Origin: Deinococcota bacterium
GTDB taxonomy: Bacteria; Deinococcota; Deinococci; Deinococcales; Thermaceae
Direction: 5' to 3'
NCBI GenBank assembly: GCA_041695225.1
Contig: JBGFRI010000037.1
Coordinates: forward strand, 32,001-96,000
DNA length: 64,000 nucleotides
Under the pieces are notes generated by a model. It saw only the letters and a list, made by a program, of their open reading frames with translations, was not told the DNA's origin and did not search any database. The stretch's first letter is position 1; every line of letters starts with the position of its first letter. The translations under genes and the position numbers were made by a program. Below, piece after piece: positions 11,241-21,694 of this stretch.

Positions 11241-12677
11241 ATGCTGGCCCAGGAAATTGTAGATCAGGTCAAGTCGGGCAGAGTATCTCCTAGCGAGGTT
11301 TTACAGACTTACTTGGAGCGGGTGGAGCGGTTCGAGCCTCAGATCCGCGCCTTTATCCGCTTGAACCCTCGTGCACTGCAAGAAGCGCGGGACGTTGAAA
11401 GGCGCCTGGGGGCTGGGGAAAACCTGCCTTTAGCCGGCATACCCATCGCGGTCAAAGACAATATCTGCACCCAGGGGCTTCAGACCACCTGCGGCTCAAA
11501 AATACTGGCGTCTTTCAAGCCGCCCTACAACGCCACAGTAGTTGAAAAGCTGCGCGCTGCAGGGGCGGTTGTGATGGCCAAGGCCAATATGGATGAGTTC
11601 GCCATGGGCTCTTCCACCGAGTACTCGGCCTTTGGCCCGACCCGTAATCCCTGGGACTTAGACCGTGTGCCGGGGGGCACCTCGGGAGGGTCAGCTGCGG
11701 CGGTGGCAGCAGATATGGCCCCGCTAGCGCTCGGGACCGACACGGGGGGCAGTGTACGTCAGCCAGCCGCGTTCTGCGGGGTCTATGGCTTCAAGCCAAC
11801 CTACGGGCGAGTCTCGCGTTACGGGGTGGTGGCGACCGCCAGCAGCCTCGACCAGGTAGGCACGCTGGCCCGTACCGTAAAGGATTTAGCTTTGCTAACC
11901 GACGCTGTAAGCGGCTATGACCCTATGGACAGCACCAGCCTTGAGGCCATACCCCAGTTCGCCAACGCTTTGCAAATCCCAGTATCGGGCGTTAGCGCTG
12001 GCCTGGTCAAAGAAGCCTTTATGGCGGGCAATTCACCGGGCGTTCTGGAGGCAGTCGAGCGGTTTATAAAGGTAATGGAGGAGCAGGGAGTGCGTTTGGT
12101 AGAGGTAAGCATTCCTAGCCTGAAGTATGCCCTGGCGGCCTATTACATCGTCAACACTGCCGAGATTAGCTCTAACCTGGCCCGCTACGACGGGACCCTT
12201 TACGGACTGCGAGAGCCCGGTCTGGACGGTATTGCCACCATGATGCTGAGTCGAGAACACGGCTTTGGTCCCGAGGTCAAGCGGAGGATCCTGATGGGAA
12301 CCTTTGTGCTTTCCGCTGGCTACTACGATGCCTATTATGGCCAGGCCCTGCGGGCCAGGGCCAGGATTAAAGCCGATATGGATGCGGCATTTGCCAGGGC
12401 AGACGTTTTGCTAACCCCCACCAGCCCCTTCCCGGCCTTTCGCTTTGCCGAAAAGACCGGCGACCCCCTCGCGATGTACCTGGCCGATATTGATACGGTG
12501 GCCATTAACCTGGTGGGTGCGCCAGCCATTAGTATTCCCGCAGGGTTTGAGGGGGGCTTGCCGGTGGGCCTGCAGCTGATTGGCAAATCCCTCTACGACG
12601 AGCAACTTTTTGCCCTTGCCCATGCCTTTGAGGAAGCTACTGGACGGGCCTTCGCCAGCACAGCCAGGCTGAGTTGA
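11241..12677 (+). CDS. gatA: Asp/Glu-tRNA amidotransferase subunit A
   Basis: [18 protein letters not shown], amidase signature GG(T)[22 protein letters not shown]. Confidence 0.95.
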   Translation: MLAQEIVDQVKSGRVSPSEVLQTYLERVERFEPQIRAFIRLNPRALQEARDVERRLGAGENLPLAGIPIAVKDNICTQGLQTTCGSKILASFKPPYNATVVEKLRAAGAVVMAKANMDEFAMGSSTEYSAFGPTRNPWDLDRVPGGTSGGSAAAVAADMAPLALGTDTGGSVRQPAAFCGVYGFKPTYGRVSRYGVVATASSLDQVGTLARTVKDLALLTDAVSGYDPMDSTSLEAIPQFANALQIPVSGVSAGLVKEAFMAGNSPGVLEAVERFIKVMEEQGVRLVEVSIPSLKYALAAYYIVNTAEISSNLARYDGTLYGLREPGLDGIATMMLSREHGFGPEVKRRILMGTFVLSAGYYDAYYGQALRARARIKADMDAAFARADVLLTPTSPFPAFRFAEKTGDPLAMYLADIDTVAINLVGAPAISIPAGFEGGLPVGLQLIGKSLYDEQLFALAHAFEEATGRAFASTARLS

Positions 12678-12940
12678 GGCGCTAAGATTTCCTGGGCTGC
12701 TTCGCTACCCTTGGACATCTTGCTTCGACGGACTCAGCACAAAGTCAGCGGCGGCCCCAGGATGGCAGTGCGTGCTATGCGGGTGAGGCTGAATATGCTT
12801 TGTCATATCAGTGCAAGCTGGAGTATACTCACTTCAGGCATTCGCTTTCTTAGTCAGAGATTCTGGTCAGTCTCTGGGCGCTCCATAAGGTCAAATTCGT
12901 TTTTATGATGCTACTTTCGCCTAATCCAAAGCCTATATCC

Positions 12941-13717
12941 ATGAGCCCGACCCATTATCGCCTTTCAACCCGACTTGCTCGCTACCTTCGCAGCACCGGC
13001 CGCCACCTTTCCGAGGTTGTCCTGGCCGAACAGGTGCTGGCCTCGCCGGGGCTGCCAAAGGGCAACTGGGCTAGGGATCTCCTCCGGGACTTGCTGGACG
13101 GGCGGTTTGAGCGAGGCAGGGCCGGTGTTGGTTTGTGGGAGTGGCAGTATGCTTTTCCGGCTTTAGGGGAGGCCATTGTGGTGTTGGATGTAGAGACTAC
13201 CGGACTTTCGCCCGATCAGAGCGAGGTGATAGAGCTGGCGCTGGTGCGGCTGGAGAATGGACAGCGCACGGTGTTTGAGCGACTGGTCAACCCGGGCGTC
13301 CCCATACCACCTTTTATCAGCCGTTTGACTGGAATCCGCAACCAGGACGTGCTGGGGGCCGCCGACATATACACAGTTTTGCGTGAAGCTATGCCGCTAC
13401 TCGAGGGTGCAACCCTGATTATTCAGAATGCGAGCTTTGACCTGGGGTTTTTGCGTCCGCGTTTGCGGCGTCTGGGCTACCGGCTAGATAATCCGGTGGT
13501 AGACACGATACACTGGGCACGCCAGGCCCTTCCCGGTCTGAGCAAGCGTGGTCTGGATTCACTGGCCTGGGCCTTCGACCTGGGCCCCATTGCAGGTCGC
13601 CACCGTGCTTTAGGAGATGTGGAAACTACTCTTCAGGTAGCCCACGAGATGTATTACATGCTAACTGCTGGCAAACCCACCCCGGCCCGTCATCTTGCTG
13701 CTGCAATAGTTCTCTAG
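12941..13717 (+). CDS. DEDDh 3'-5' exonuclease (DnaQ-like) with N-terminal extension
   Basis: LDVETTG, NASFDLGF, HRALGDV motifs. Confidence 0.88.
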   Translation: MSPTHYRLSTRLARYLRSTGRHLSEVVLAEQVLASPGLPKGNWARDLLRDLLDGRFERGRAGVGLWEWQYAFPALGEAIVVLDVETTGLSPDQSEVIELALVRLENGQRTVFERLVNPGVPIPPFISRLTGIRNQDVLGAADIYTVLREAMPLLEGATLIIQNASFDLGFLRPRLRRLGYRLDNPVVDTIHWARQALPGLSKRGLDSLAWAFDLGPIAGRHRALGDVETTLQVAHEMYYMLTAGKPTPARHLAAAIVL

Positions 13718-13724
13718 GAAGCCT

Positions 13725-14840
13725 ATGATTGCACGTTATGTTCTCACCAGTGCTTGTCTGAATAGCGGAACCATGAACCTCACCCAGTCTTTGCGGGTTT
13801 TTTTACAGGGTAAAGACGGTGTTACCCTTCGTGATGAGGAGGGCGAAATCTACGAGAGCAGCGTAAACTGGCGGCACAATCGCCTCGAGGGTCTTGGGCC
13901 TTACTACGCCAAGCGGCGTCTCGGCGTCAACGACAAAATTGCCTTGCACCTGGGGGCGGGGGAGATCGGCCTGGAGGCCCTAACGCCCTCGGCCAAGCCA
14001 GCCCGGCCCCGTGCGGTTGAGCCGGAGCGCTCCAAGCCCCAGCCTGCTGAACCACTCTTTGAAAAAACCGAAAAGCGGGTCAAGGTTACGCCCTACCCAA
14101 AAGAAGTGATCTTTCCACACAAGTCCGTTTCCAGCGAGCTGCCGGCTTTTTCCACCGACCTCGAGGCCCTGGGGTTTATCCGCGAGTCTAACAGCGTACC
14201 CTGGATCTACAGAGCCGCTATGGGCCGTCGTACCTACCACCTGGCACTGGCCAAATTCGGTGAGATGGAGGCCAGGGAGCTGCTGGCCTACCGGCAGCAA
14301 GGCCGGGTGCAGTATGCCGCGGTTGTGGCCGGTGAGTCTTCTAGAACTGAAGCCCTGGCTGAAATTGCCTCAACGCGGCCTTCGGGGCTGGGGCAGCCAG
14401 GGCTGGGCTATGTCTCGCCCGAGGCGTTGCAGCGGCTTGCCAAGCTTAGAGGGTCTTTTCCGGTTGGCCCGCTGGATATCGAACGGTTGCTGCGTGAGGG
14501 CCGGATTGATTTTGAGGCCATCCAGGGCTTTGAGCGAGAGGTGTTCGGGGTACTAAATGGGCGGGGCTACTTCTCGGCAGTCCTAACCTTGCTGGCCGAC
14601 CAGCCCCCACAACAGGTCTTCCTGCTGGCCGACCTGATGCCCATGGCGCGGGAGATGGGCCTCGAGGCCGATCACCTGCAGAGCGTATTAGAAAGCCTCA
14701 GCAGCCCACCCTTTCTGCTGCTCAAGCGCCTCTCGCCCGGCGAGTTTCTCATGCGCCAGTCGGTAGAACAGGCCCTGACCGACTGGGCAGCATACTCCCA
14801 GCTCATGTCCAGCCGCCTGGAAGGTGTGTCGGTGCGGTAA
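13725..14840 (+). CDS. hypothetical protein, probably cotranscribed with the exonuclease
   Basis: 371-aa ORF starting 7 nt after the upstream stop; host-like codon usage. Confidence 0.75.
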   Translation: MIARYVLTSACLNSGTMNLTQSLRVFLQGKDGVTLRDEEGEIYESSVNWRHNRLEGLGPYYAKRRLGVNDKIALHLGAGEIGLEALTPSAKPARPRAVEPERSKPQPAEPLFEKTEKRVKVTPYPKEVIFPHKSVSSELPAFSTDLEALGFIRESNSVPWIYRAAMGRRTYHLALAKFGEMEARELLAYRQQGRVQYAAVVAGESSRTEALAEIASTRPSGLGQPGLGYVSPEALQRLAKLRGSFPVGPLDIERLLREGRIDFEAIQGFEREVFGVLNGRGYFSAVLTLLADQPPQQVFLLADLMPMAREMGLEADHLQSVLESLSSPPFLLLKRLSPGEFLMRQSVEQALTDWAAYSQLMSSRLEGVSVR

Positions 14841-14869
14841 AACCAGGTTATTGTGCAGGCCAGGGTAGC

Positions 14870-15095
14870 AGGTCTAAGGTCGAAGGCCTGCGACGGTCTC
14901 GCGTCCTGGCCTTCGACTTTTGTCCTTAGACCTTCGACACTTAAGGGGGCTTTACCCCAACGGCCTCGGGTTACAACTCGGTAAAAGGCCCAAAGGACTA
15001 TAGCAAATGACCCTCGACTCTCGACTCTCGACATTTGACCCTTGACTTTTTTAGCTTTGACCTTCGACCCTCGACTCTTGACTCTTGACCTTCAC
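14870..15095. repeat. 7-mer arrays (CCTTCGA/CTCTCGA) and a module shared with 59000-59070
   Basis: gaccctcgactctcgactctcgac...; 14870-14940 is a near reverse complement of 59000-59070. Confidence 0.8.
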
Positions 15096-15119
15096 AGTAC
15101 CCGGCCCCATAGCCGGTCT

Positions 15120-15671
15120 CTAGGCCCGCCCGCGCTGTTCTAGCAACATATAAAAGCCCCGGGCGTTCTGTAGGTAGTGGGCCAGAATACCGGGAACCAG
15201 ACTGCCGGTGAGTAGATAGGCTGCGCCAAACATCAGCCCGGCACAGAAAATAAACACTGGATAGGCCCAGGCTTTGCGGTCCGGCACCGGGTGGAGGGCG
15301 GCAAACACCACGGCCTGAAGCACAACGCCCACCCACCCGCCAAACAGGGCGTTCTGCAGTGCGCCTCGAAAAAAAACCTCCTCCCCCACACCGGAGACTA
15401 AGGCCAGCAACAAAGCTTGATGATAGCTGACGCCCTGTGCCCGCAGCAGAACTCCAATCTGTGCGTGCAGGGCCTCGGAAGCCCGGAAGCTAGCCGGGAA
15501 TAGATGCGAGAAAAGCAGCTCGAGGCCCATCAAGCCCAGAATCAGGAGCGCAAAGGCCAGGCTATCGCGCAAGGGATCGAAACTTTTAACCGCCGGGAAG
15601 CCGGCTAGATTCATCCAGACCAGGCCAACAAACAATGTACCGAGCTGGATGAGCATGAACAGGCGAAACAT
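15120..15671 (-). CDS. CPBP family intramembrane metalloprotease
   Basis: EEVFFRG, FAALH, AHYLQN motifs and hydrophobic segments. Confidence 0.9.
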   Translation of the reverse strand: MFRLFMLIQLGTLFVGLVWMNLAGFPAVKSFDPLRDSLAFALLILGLMGLELLFSHLFPASFRASEALHAQIGVLLRAQGVSYHQALLLALVSGVGEEVFFRGALQNALFGGWVGVVLQAVVFAALHPVPDRKAWAYPVFIFCAGLMFGAAYLLTGSLVPGILAHYLQNARGFYMLLEQRGRA

Positions 15672-15678
15672 GCTATCT

Positions 15679-15963
15679 TCAAGGCCCCTCACTGCCAATG
15701 TTAAAGCCCTGTTCAAGCAATTTGCGCGAGTAGGCCCTGAAAGCTAGCAGGGTTTGCGTGCGCTCAATTCCTTTTAGCTTGCGCAAGCCCATAGTAACAA
15801 TGTCGTCTAGCTGCTCAAACTCCTTGAAATTCAGGATGGCAACCAGATCCCACTTCCCGGTAACCGAGTACACCTCAGCCACCCCTGGAATTTCAGCTAC
15901 CGACTCGGCGGTCTCGGCGGTGGACTCGCGGCTGGTCTGGATCAAGACAAAAGCGGTAATCAT
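15679..15963 (-). CDS. Lrp/AsnC ligand-binding (RAM) domain protein
   Basis: MITAFVLI...GVAEVYSVTGKWDLVA. Confidence 0.88.
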   Translation of the reverse strand: MITAFVLIQTSRESTAETAESVAEIPGVAEVYSVTGKWDLVAILNFKEFEQLDDIVTMGLRKLKGIERTQTLLAFRAYSRKLLEQGFNIGSEGP

Positions 15964-16044
15964 GCCTGGATGATACTCCGGAACTGTGGGGCATGGGTAT
16001 AGAGCTAATTTCTTACCAGCTTCCCTTGGGATACCAGGACATGC

Positions 16045-16755
16045 CTAGAAATTGGGGCGGGGGGAGGTCTCGAGAATCAGCTGGGGTTTGAACCTTACCA
16101 CATCGGCCGAGACAAAATGCAGGGGAATTCCGTTCCACTCCTGCGGCAACCTTTGCGGGTCAGCCCCGTGGAGGTGTCCATATACCACGCAGGTGGGCCG
16201 GTACTGGTCTATCAGCGCGGTAAAACCGGTTGGGCCAGCGGTGGGGCCATAGGGCGGGTAGTGCATGGCCAGAATCAGGTACTCATACTCCCGGCCCTGA
16301 ATGGTCTTGAGAGATAAGGCCAGCCGTTCTACCTCACGCTTATAAATTTTTTCGTCTGTGGGGCTGAAGCCAAAGCTGCCCGGGGTGTCCCAGCCCCGGC
16401 TTCCGGCAATGGCCAGGTTGCCAAGTATAAGTGAGTCGTGCTGCAATGCGTGCATGCGCGGGGGGAGCATCTGCCGCAAACGGGTAATGGAGGGCCACCA
16501 GTAGTCGTGGTTGCCCCGCAAGATAATTTTTGTACCTGGTAACTCTGCGATATCGCAAAGATCCACCATCGCCTCGGGCAGTTTCATGGCCCAGGAGATA
16601 TCTCCTGCCACGATTACCAGATCTTCTTCATTTACGGTACTGCGCCATTCCTGGAAAACAGCTTCGGGATGCCCTTCCCACTCTGGCCCAAAAATATTCA
16701 TGGGTTTGGGAAAGGCTTTGGAAAGGTGAATGTCGGCAATGGCAAAGACGCGCAT
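16045..16755 (-). CDS. metallophosphoesterase
   Basis: DIH, GD, GNHD, GHLH motifs. Confidence 0.9.
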   Translation of the reverse strand: MRVFAIADIHLSKAFPKPMNIFGPEWEGHPEAVFQEWRSTVNEEDLVIVAGDISWAMKLPEAMVDLCDIAELPGTKIILRGNHDYWWPSITRLRQMLPPRMHALQHDSLILGNLAIAGSRGWDTPGSFGFSPTDEKIYKREVERLALSLKTIQGREYEYLILAMHYPPYGPTAGPTGFTALIDQYRPTCVVYGHLHGADPQRLPQEWNGIPLHFVSADVVRFKPQLILETSPRPNF

Positions 16756-16917
16756 AAACGGATTGTGGGGTCTAAAGAAACGAGTTCGGGGAAAAGTCAG
16801 ACAGCAGTGTCTAGTGTCTAGTGTCTGGGGCCGAGCGTCAAGTGTCGGGCTGACCAAACCTGACAAAATCACCGAGAGCTACACACCGGTCATTACGCCT
16901 GTGGCAAAATCGGATAG

Positions 16918-17385
16918 ATGAAGCACGAGACCCCCGAGCAACTGTTTTTGTATGCGGTGCGGGCGCTGGGTGCGCGGGCCTGTTCTGAGTCGGTGCTGCG
17001 TCAAAAACTGGCCCGACATGCCAGGCCAGAGGTTGTGACGGAGGTGCTGCAGCGAGTCAAGAGCCTGGGCTATCTCGACGACCAGAAGTATGCCGAGGGA
17101 TATGCCCGGCTTTATGCAGGCCGGTGGGGCCCGGCCAAGCTGCGCCGGGTGCTACTGGAAAAAGGAGTTGCCCGCAGCATCGTAGACCGGGTACTGGCCG
17201 AACAGGAATCCCAAAGTAACCCGGTTGAAGAAGCCATGGCCTTGCTGGATCGTTACCAGAGCCGACATAGAGGCGAAAAGCCCAGGGTTATGCGTTTTTT
17301 GCTCAATCGGGGGTATGCCATGGACGACGCGTACAGGGCCTGGGAGGGCTACCATAAGCAGAAAGCCGCCGAGGCTGAGAGCTAA
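16918..17385 (+). CDS. recX: regulatory protein RecX
   Basis: GYLDDQKYA, WGPAKLRRVLLEKGV, RFLLNRGY. Confidence 0.88.
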   Translation: MKHETPEQLFLYAVRALGARACSESVLRQKLARHARPEVVTEVLQRVKSLGYLDDQKYAEGYARLYAGRWGPAKLRRVLLEKGVARSIVDRVLAEQESQSNPVEEAMALLDRYQSRHRGEKPRVMRFLLNRGYAMDDAYRAWEGYHKQKAAEAES

Positions 17386-17432
17386 GGTGTCAGGTGCGCA
17401 AGCCAGGAGATTAATGCTCTCGCCATGCTAGT

Positions 17433-18659
17433 TCAGACCCACTCCCCAGCCCGCATCAAGGGTTCGGCCTGCCCGGACTGGCTGATACCGTCTACGTCTA
17501 CCTGGCTCGAGCCTATCATCCAGTCAATGTGAATCAGGCTGGTGTTGGCGCCTTTGGCGGCTAGCTCTTCGGGGCTTAGTCTGTCCCCGTGCAAAATGCA
17601 TTCACTATAGGCCTGGCCCAGCGCGATATGGCTGGCGGCGTTCTCGTCGAACAGGGTGTTGTAGAAGAGCAGCCCGGTCTGGGAGATGGGTGAGGAGTGA
17701 GGCACTAGCGCGACCTCGCCCAGGCTACTGGCCCCCTGGTCGGTTTGCAGCACCCGGGTCAAGACCTCGGCCCCGCTTTTTGCCCTGGCCTCCACAACGC
17801 GGCCTTTCTCAAAACGAACCTGGATGCCCTCGAGCAGGCTTCCCTGATAAGAAAGCGGTTTGGTGCTCTGGACATAACCTTCGATGCGGTCTTTGTGGGG
17901 AGCAGTAAAGACCTCCTCAGAAGGTATATTGGGATTGCAGACCAGGCCGTTTTTGGCCTTAACCGCGCCCCCAGCCCAGAGGTGGTCGTCGGCCAGCCCT
18001 ACCACCAGATCGGTGCCCGGCCCCTTGAAATGCAGCGCTGCATAGCGTTTGTCGTTGAGGTAGGCTACCCGCTGGCGCAGATCCTGGTTGTGGGCTGCCC
18101 AGGCTGCTAGAGGGTCGGGGGTGTCTAGCCTGGATGCTTTGAAAATTGCCTCCCAGAGCTTCTGGACTGCTGTTTCTTGCGGCTGGTTGGGAAAGACTGT
18201 GCTGGCCCAGGCTGGATGGGCATAAGAGACGATGGTCCAGTTGATGTGATTGGAAGAAATTAGTTCCAGTACTCGTTTGTAGGCCACCGAACGGGCGCGG
18301 TTGGCCCGGGCCACCAGCTCGGGGTTCTGGCCTTTGAGCAGGTCCGGGTTGCTGCCAGCGATATGCAGGCGGGCAGCACCCGACTCAAAGGCCTGGGCCA
18401 GCCCGTCGAAAAGCCATTTCGGGGCTTTGTCAAAAGAAGCCTGAGGCGCGTGCTGGTAGCGCAGGAGGGTAGAGGCCTCGTCGTCGTAAAGAACCGTGAC
18501 CAGTGAACCCCCGGCCTGGTAGGCCTGATGGCTGATTTTACGAGCCAGTGGCAGGGCCTCGATAGGCGCGGTGATGACCAGTTCCTGACCTTCTATCAGG
18601 CCCAGGCCAACCTGTACAGCAACTTTAGCCAGTTGATCGAGCTGGTAAGATAGTTCCAT
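17433..18659 (-). CDS. aminopeptidase, M29 family (AmpS/AmpT)
   Basis: NIPSEEVFTAP, LGEVAL, LFDENAASHIALG, SLIHIDWMIG. Confidence 0.93.
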   Translation of the reverse strand: MELSYQLDQLAKVAVQVGLGLIEGQELVITAPIEALPLARKISHQAYQAGGSLVTVLYDDEASTLLRYQHAPQASFDKAPKWLFDGLAQAFESGAARLHIAGSNPDLLKGQNPELVARANRARSVAYKRVLELISSNHINWTIVSYAHPAWASTVFPNQPQETAVQKLWEAIFKASRLDTPDPLAAWAAHNQDLRQRVAYLNDKRYAALHFKGPGTDLVVGLADDHLWAGGAVKAKNGLVCNPNIPSEEVFTAPHKDRIEGYVQSTKPLSYQGSLLEGIQVRFEKGRVVEARAKSGAEVLTRVLQTDQGASSLGEVALVPHSSPISQTGLLFYNTLFDENAASHIALGQAYSECILHGDRLSPEELAAKGANTSLIHIDWMIGSSQVDVDGISQSGQAEPLMRAGEWV

Positions 18660-19217
18660 CTGTCAAACTTTACCGCATTTCTCCTGGCCCTGTGGTATAT
18701 GGTGTGCTCCGTCTGGCTTGGGCCAAAGAGAGCGCTTGTAGGCGAAAGACTCAAGCGGCTGTCTATAGATAAGCCTAGAATATCTCCTCCCTACGAGGCC
18801 AGCGCTCGGTTTACTTGAATTTTTTAGCACACCCACCGCGGTTGAATCAGAATTCGCACTCCTCTGCGACTGCGTTCAGGGAAGGCTGGTCAATGTACGC
18901 ATACCGGGAGGGCAATCCCGGCCGGTTCGCCGGTCAGCCAGAAGCACGTCGGGGAGAACTACCGCAGAGCGCTGGGGAGGGGCTGATCCACCGTGGCTCA
19001 ACCCTGCAATGCCGCGTTTCACGGCCACCGTGCCTGCTTTGCCGCCGGTGGCACGCTCGCTAGGTTAGGCCCTAAGTAGCTTACCAGACCACTTAGCGCT
19101 CCAGCGGGTTGATTCGCGACACGAATTCGGCCTTTCGCATCGCGGAATTGCGGCGGAGCGGCTTGTTTGGGGATCTCCAGCGCGTGGCGATAATTTTCTT
19201 ACCAGACCACTAAGGGG

Positions 19218-19462
19218 ATGCTCGAACATCCGGGGCTGGGCTCACCGCTGAAGATCAGCGACAAGGCCTACACATCCAAAGAGTTCATCACCCCCTGGAG
19301 AAGAGCGCCAAACGCCAAGAAGGGCGCTGGAAACCAGACTACCGCCGCCTATGCAAATGGCTCGAGACCGTGTTCGTCCAGCTAACCCAGGCCCGCATCC
19401 GCTCGGCCCGAGTCGCCCTGACCCTACTCGCCCACAACCTCGACCTCTGGCTCAACTCTTAA
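19218..19462 (+). pseudogene. degraded IS982-family transposase C-terminal fragment
   Basis: frameshifted pieces DKAY..FITP and YRRLCKWLETVFVQL...RVALTLLAHNL resemble IS982 DDE C-termini. Confidence 0.65.
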
Positions 19463-19606
19463 GCGGCGTTAGGGAGATGTGAAAAGACCTGGACGCACCG
19501 CGATCGGCCGACATGATGTTAGTCGGGGGGAGATGGAAGAAGAAGTTGTCTAGAGATTAACTGTATCCCTTCACGTCATTGTCCAATGCGCACACTGCGA
19601 AAGCGC

Positions 19607-20398
19607 TCAATGGGGGCTACGACCTACGACGACAAATTTTGTCAAACAGCCATAGGATGAGTCGTCTTCTATCCACCTCGCCGCCTCCGCCTCTGCTAGC
19701 GCCGCGTCGCCCTCGCTAATCATCCCTGCTTTGACAAGCCGACGGGTCCGGGTTGATATCCTACCGAGGAAAACATCTCTGCCCCAGGTTTGAGTATCGA
19801 CGGCGACAACATGCGTCTTAACATCTAATGCGCCAGCGTGGGTCAGCATTTCTCTGAGCCTGCGGCCCACATGGCGGTCGCCTCCCTGCCGCCGAAAGAA
19901 GTCTAGGAAAAGCGTATTCACATGCTCCACAGTCGGCGGGCTTGGGTGCATCACTACCGTGCCATCGTCTATGTCAGAGACGCAAATCAAGCCACCGGGC
20001 CTTGCATAACCAACCATCTTTGCGATAAGGGTCTTTGGCTCTGGAGTATTATTCACGACAAGACGACAAAAGACAAAATCGAACTCCGGCCTCGGTTGTG
20101 CGCTCAGAGCGTCCGCCAGGACAAAGTCAAGGTTTCCGAGATGAGGCAGTGATCGGGCCACCCTGACCATCGCGTCCTCCTTCTCGATACCGACCACTTT
20201 GGCCGGATACGCCAAAGTTGCCAGCTGAGCGGTAAAGTGGCCTGAGCCGGAGCCGATGTCCACCACGCTCATTCCGCTTCTCAAACCTGCCGCAGCCAAC
20301 ACGGGTAGTTCGTGCGAGAAGGAAGAGTGGGCCTGTCTGGCGAGCCGGGCTACTTCCAGATCTGGATTAAGAATACTCAAGTTGTACGCCTGTCCCAC
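19607..20398 (-). CDS. class I SAM-dependent methyltransferase
   Basis: VVDIGSGSG motif I, FDFVFCRLV, RPGG; codon usage differs from the flanks. Confidence 0.88.
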   Translation of the reverse strand: MGQAYNLSILNPDLEVARLARQAHSSFSHELPVLAAAGLRSGMSVVDIGSGSGHFTAQLATLAYPAKVVGIEKEDAMVRVARSLPHLGNLDFVLADALSAQPRPEFDFVFCRLVVNNTPEPKTLIAKMVGYARPGGLICVSDIDDGTVVMHPSPPTVEHVNTLFLDFFRRQGGDRHVGRRLREMLTHAGALDVKTHVVAVDTQTWGRDVFLGRISTRTRRLVKAGMISEGDAALAEAEAARWIEDDSSYGCLTKFVVVGRSPH

Positions 20399-20401
20399 AA
20401 A

Positions 20402-20700
20402 TCACCTCCAGAATATCTTTTTCGACCAGAAACCGTGTTCCTGCTGTACCCATAGCGCATCGGGAACCGGCGCACAGCGCAGTCCAAATTCGTCGGCGCG
20501 GGTGTCAACGTCCCCTGGGACTTCCTCTGAGTCCAACAGTTCCAAGGGGCCAATCCTGAAGGTAGTGACACCAAAGGAGGCCCCATGCGTATCTTTGCAC
20601 TTCATCCAGCCCTTGACAAGCTGTCCAGACAGACCGTGGTCAAACCGAGCCCACGAGCACAAGACCGGCTCAAAACGCTAGAGACCTTCGAACTTCCCTC
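20402..20700 (-). pseudogene. 5'-truncated ORF upstream of the methyltransferase
   Basis: open frame ends 3 nt before the MTase start; no convincing start, and it runs into the IS605-like remnant. Confidence 0.4.
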
Positions 20701-20720
20701 GTGTTACTGTCAGACTTTGG

Positions 20721-20981
20721 GAGGGTAAAAGCCCTCGCCTTCAGGCGAAAGCTTCAGCGGGTGTTGGTCCTTGGGTAATCAGAATGGGGCATGGATTAAT
20801 CACCCAAAAAAAGGTGTCGATAGGTGACCTAGCCCTAGATCGAGAACCAGGCTAAAAAAGGAGACGGGGGCTTCGCGGTGGACGGCGCACGGCAGCGAGG
20901 CGGGCCTGGGCGGCTTTAGACGCAACTACGCACTTCCAGTGCTTACCCGATGCTACCGCCTTCAGGCGGTAGAGTGTTCAC
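20721..20981 (+). mobile_element. non-autonomous IS200/IS605-family remnant
   Basis: left hairpin ..AAGCCCTCGCCTTCAGGCG.. and right hairpin CTACCGCCTTCAGGCGGTAG followed by AGTGTTCAC; no transposase ORF. Confidence 0.65.
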
Positions 20982-21164
20982 TGACGGTATCCATCGCATA
21001 GGACTGGGGCTATTGGTTGCTTTTTCAGCCACGACGCTCCCAGTACGCTGTGAAACCCTGGCTGGCGGCAGCAAGCTGATTGCTGGATGTTGTGGTTATG
21101 TTCGGATGTGCCCTAGCAAATAACACCAGCACGCAACAAAGAAAGGTGATACAATATTCGCGCT

Positions 21165-21467
21165 GTGGAAAAGCCGATTTATCGCTTGTTGCATCTGGTT
21201 TTTGCTCTGGGAACCTTGCACTTGCTGGTCTTGCTAACCCTCGAGGTTCAGCGCAACATGCAAATTCGCCAGGACACCGCCGCTGCTCAGATTCGCGTAA
21301 AACAGCTCGAGCAGCGCAACCAGCAGCTGCTCGGCGAGCTTGAACTGGCCGCCGATGCCCGCTACCGCGAGGGGTTGGTTCGCCAGATGGGGTATGTGCA
21401 CCGGGACGAACTGCTCTTTTTGCGGGTGCAGCCCCAGGCCGCCCCGGATCCCAGCGCATCGAATTAA
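21165..21467 (+). CDS. FtsB/DivIC-like septum formation initiator
   Basis: short N-terminus, TM helix, coiled coil, then REGLVRQMGYVHRDE. Confidence 0.75.
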   Translation: MEKPIYRLLHLVFALGTLHLLVLLTLEVQRNMQIRQDTAAAQIRVKQLEQRNQQLLGELELAADARYREGLVRQMGYVHRDELLFLRVQPQAAPDPSASN

Positions 21468-21520
21468 GCAAGTTTTTCTGGTCGCAGCCCTGGGCGCGGG
21501 AGGCCATATTTGTGGCCTGA

Positions 21521-21647
21521 TCAGGAGTTGCCCATCCGTCCCGAAGGACCCCGGAGCATGAAGCGGTGGGCTGACGCTTCACAAAAGATTTCGCAGCTCG
21601 CAGGTCGCAAGCCAAAAAGACCTGAGACCTGAGACGCTTCATAAAAG
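21521..21647 (+). repeat. dispersed composite repeat family A, copy 1
   Basis: closely similar to 47556-47702 and to the reverse complement of 58924-59167. Confidence 0.85.
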
Positions 21648-21694
21648 AGCAAGTTTCAATTTCACGCCAGTAGGGCATAGTATGAAGGCCAGGT

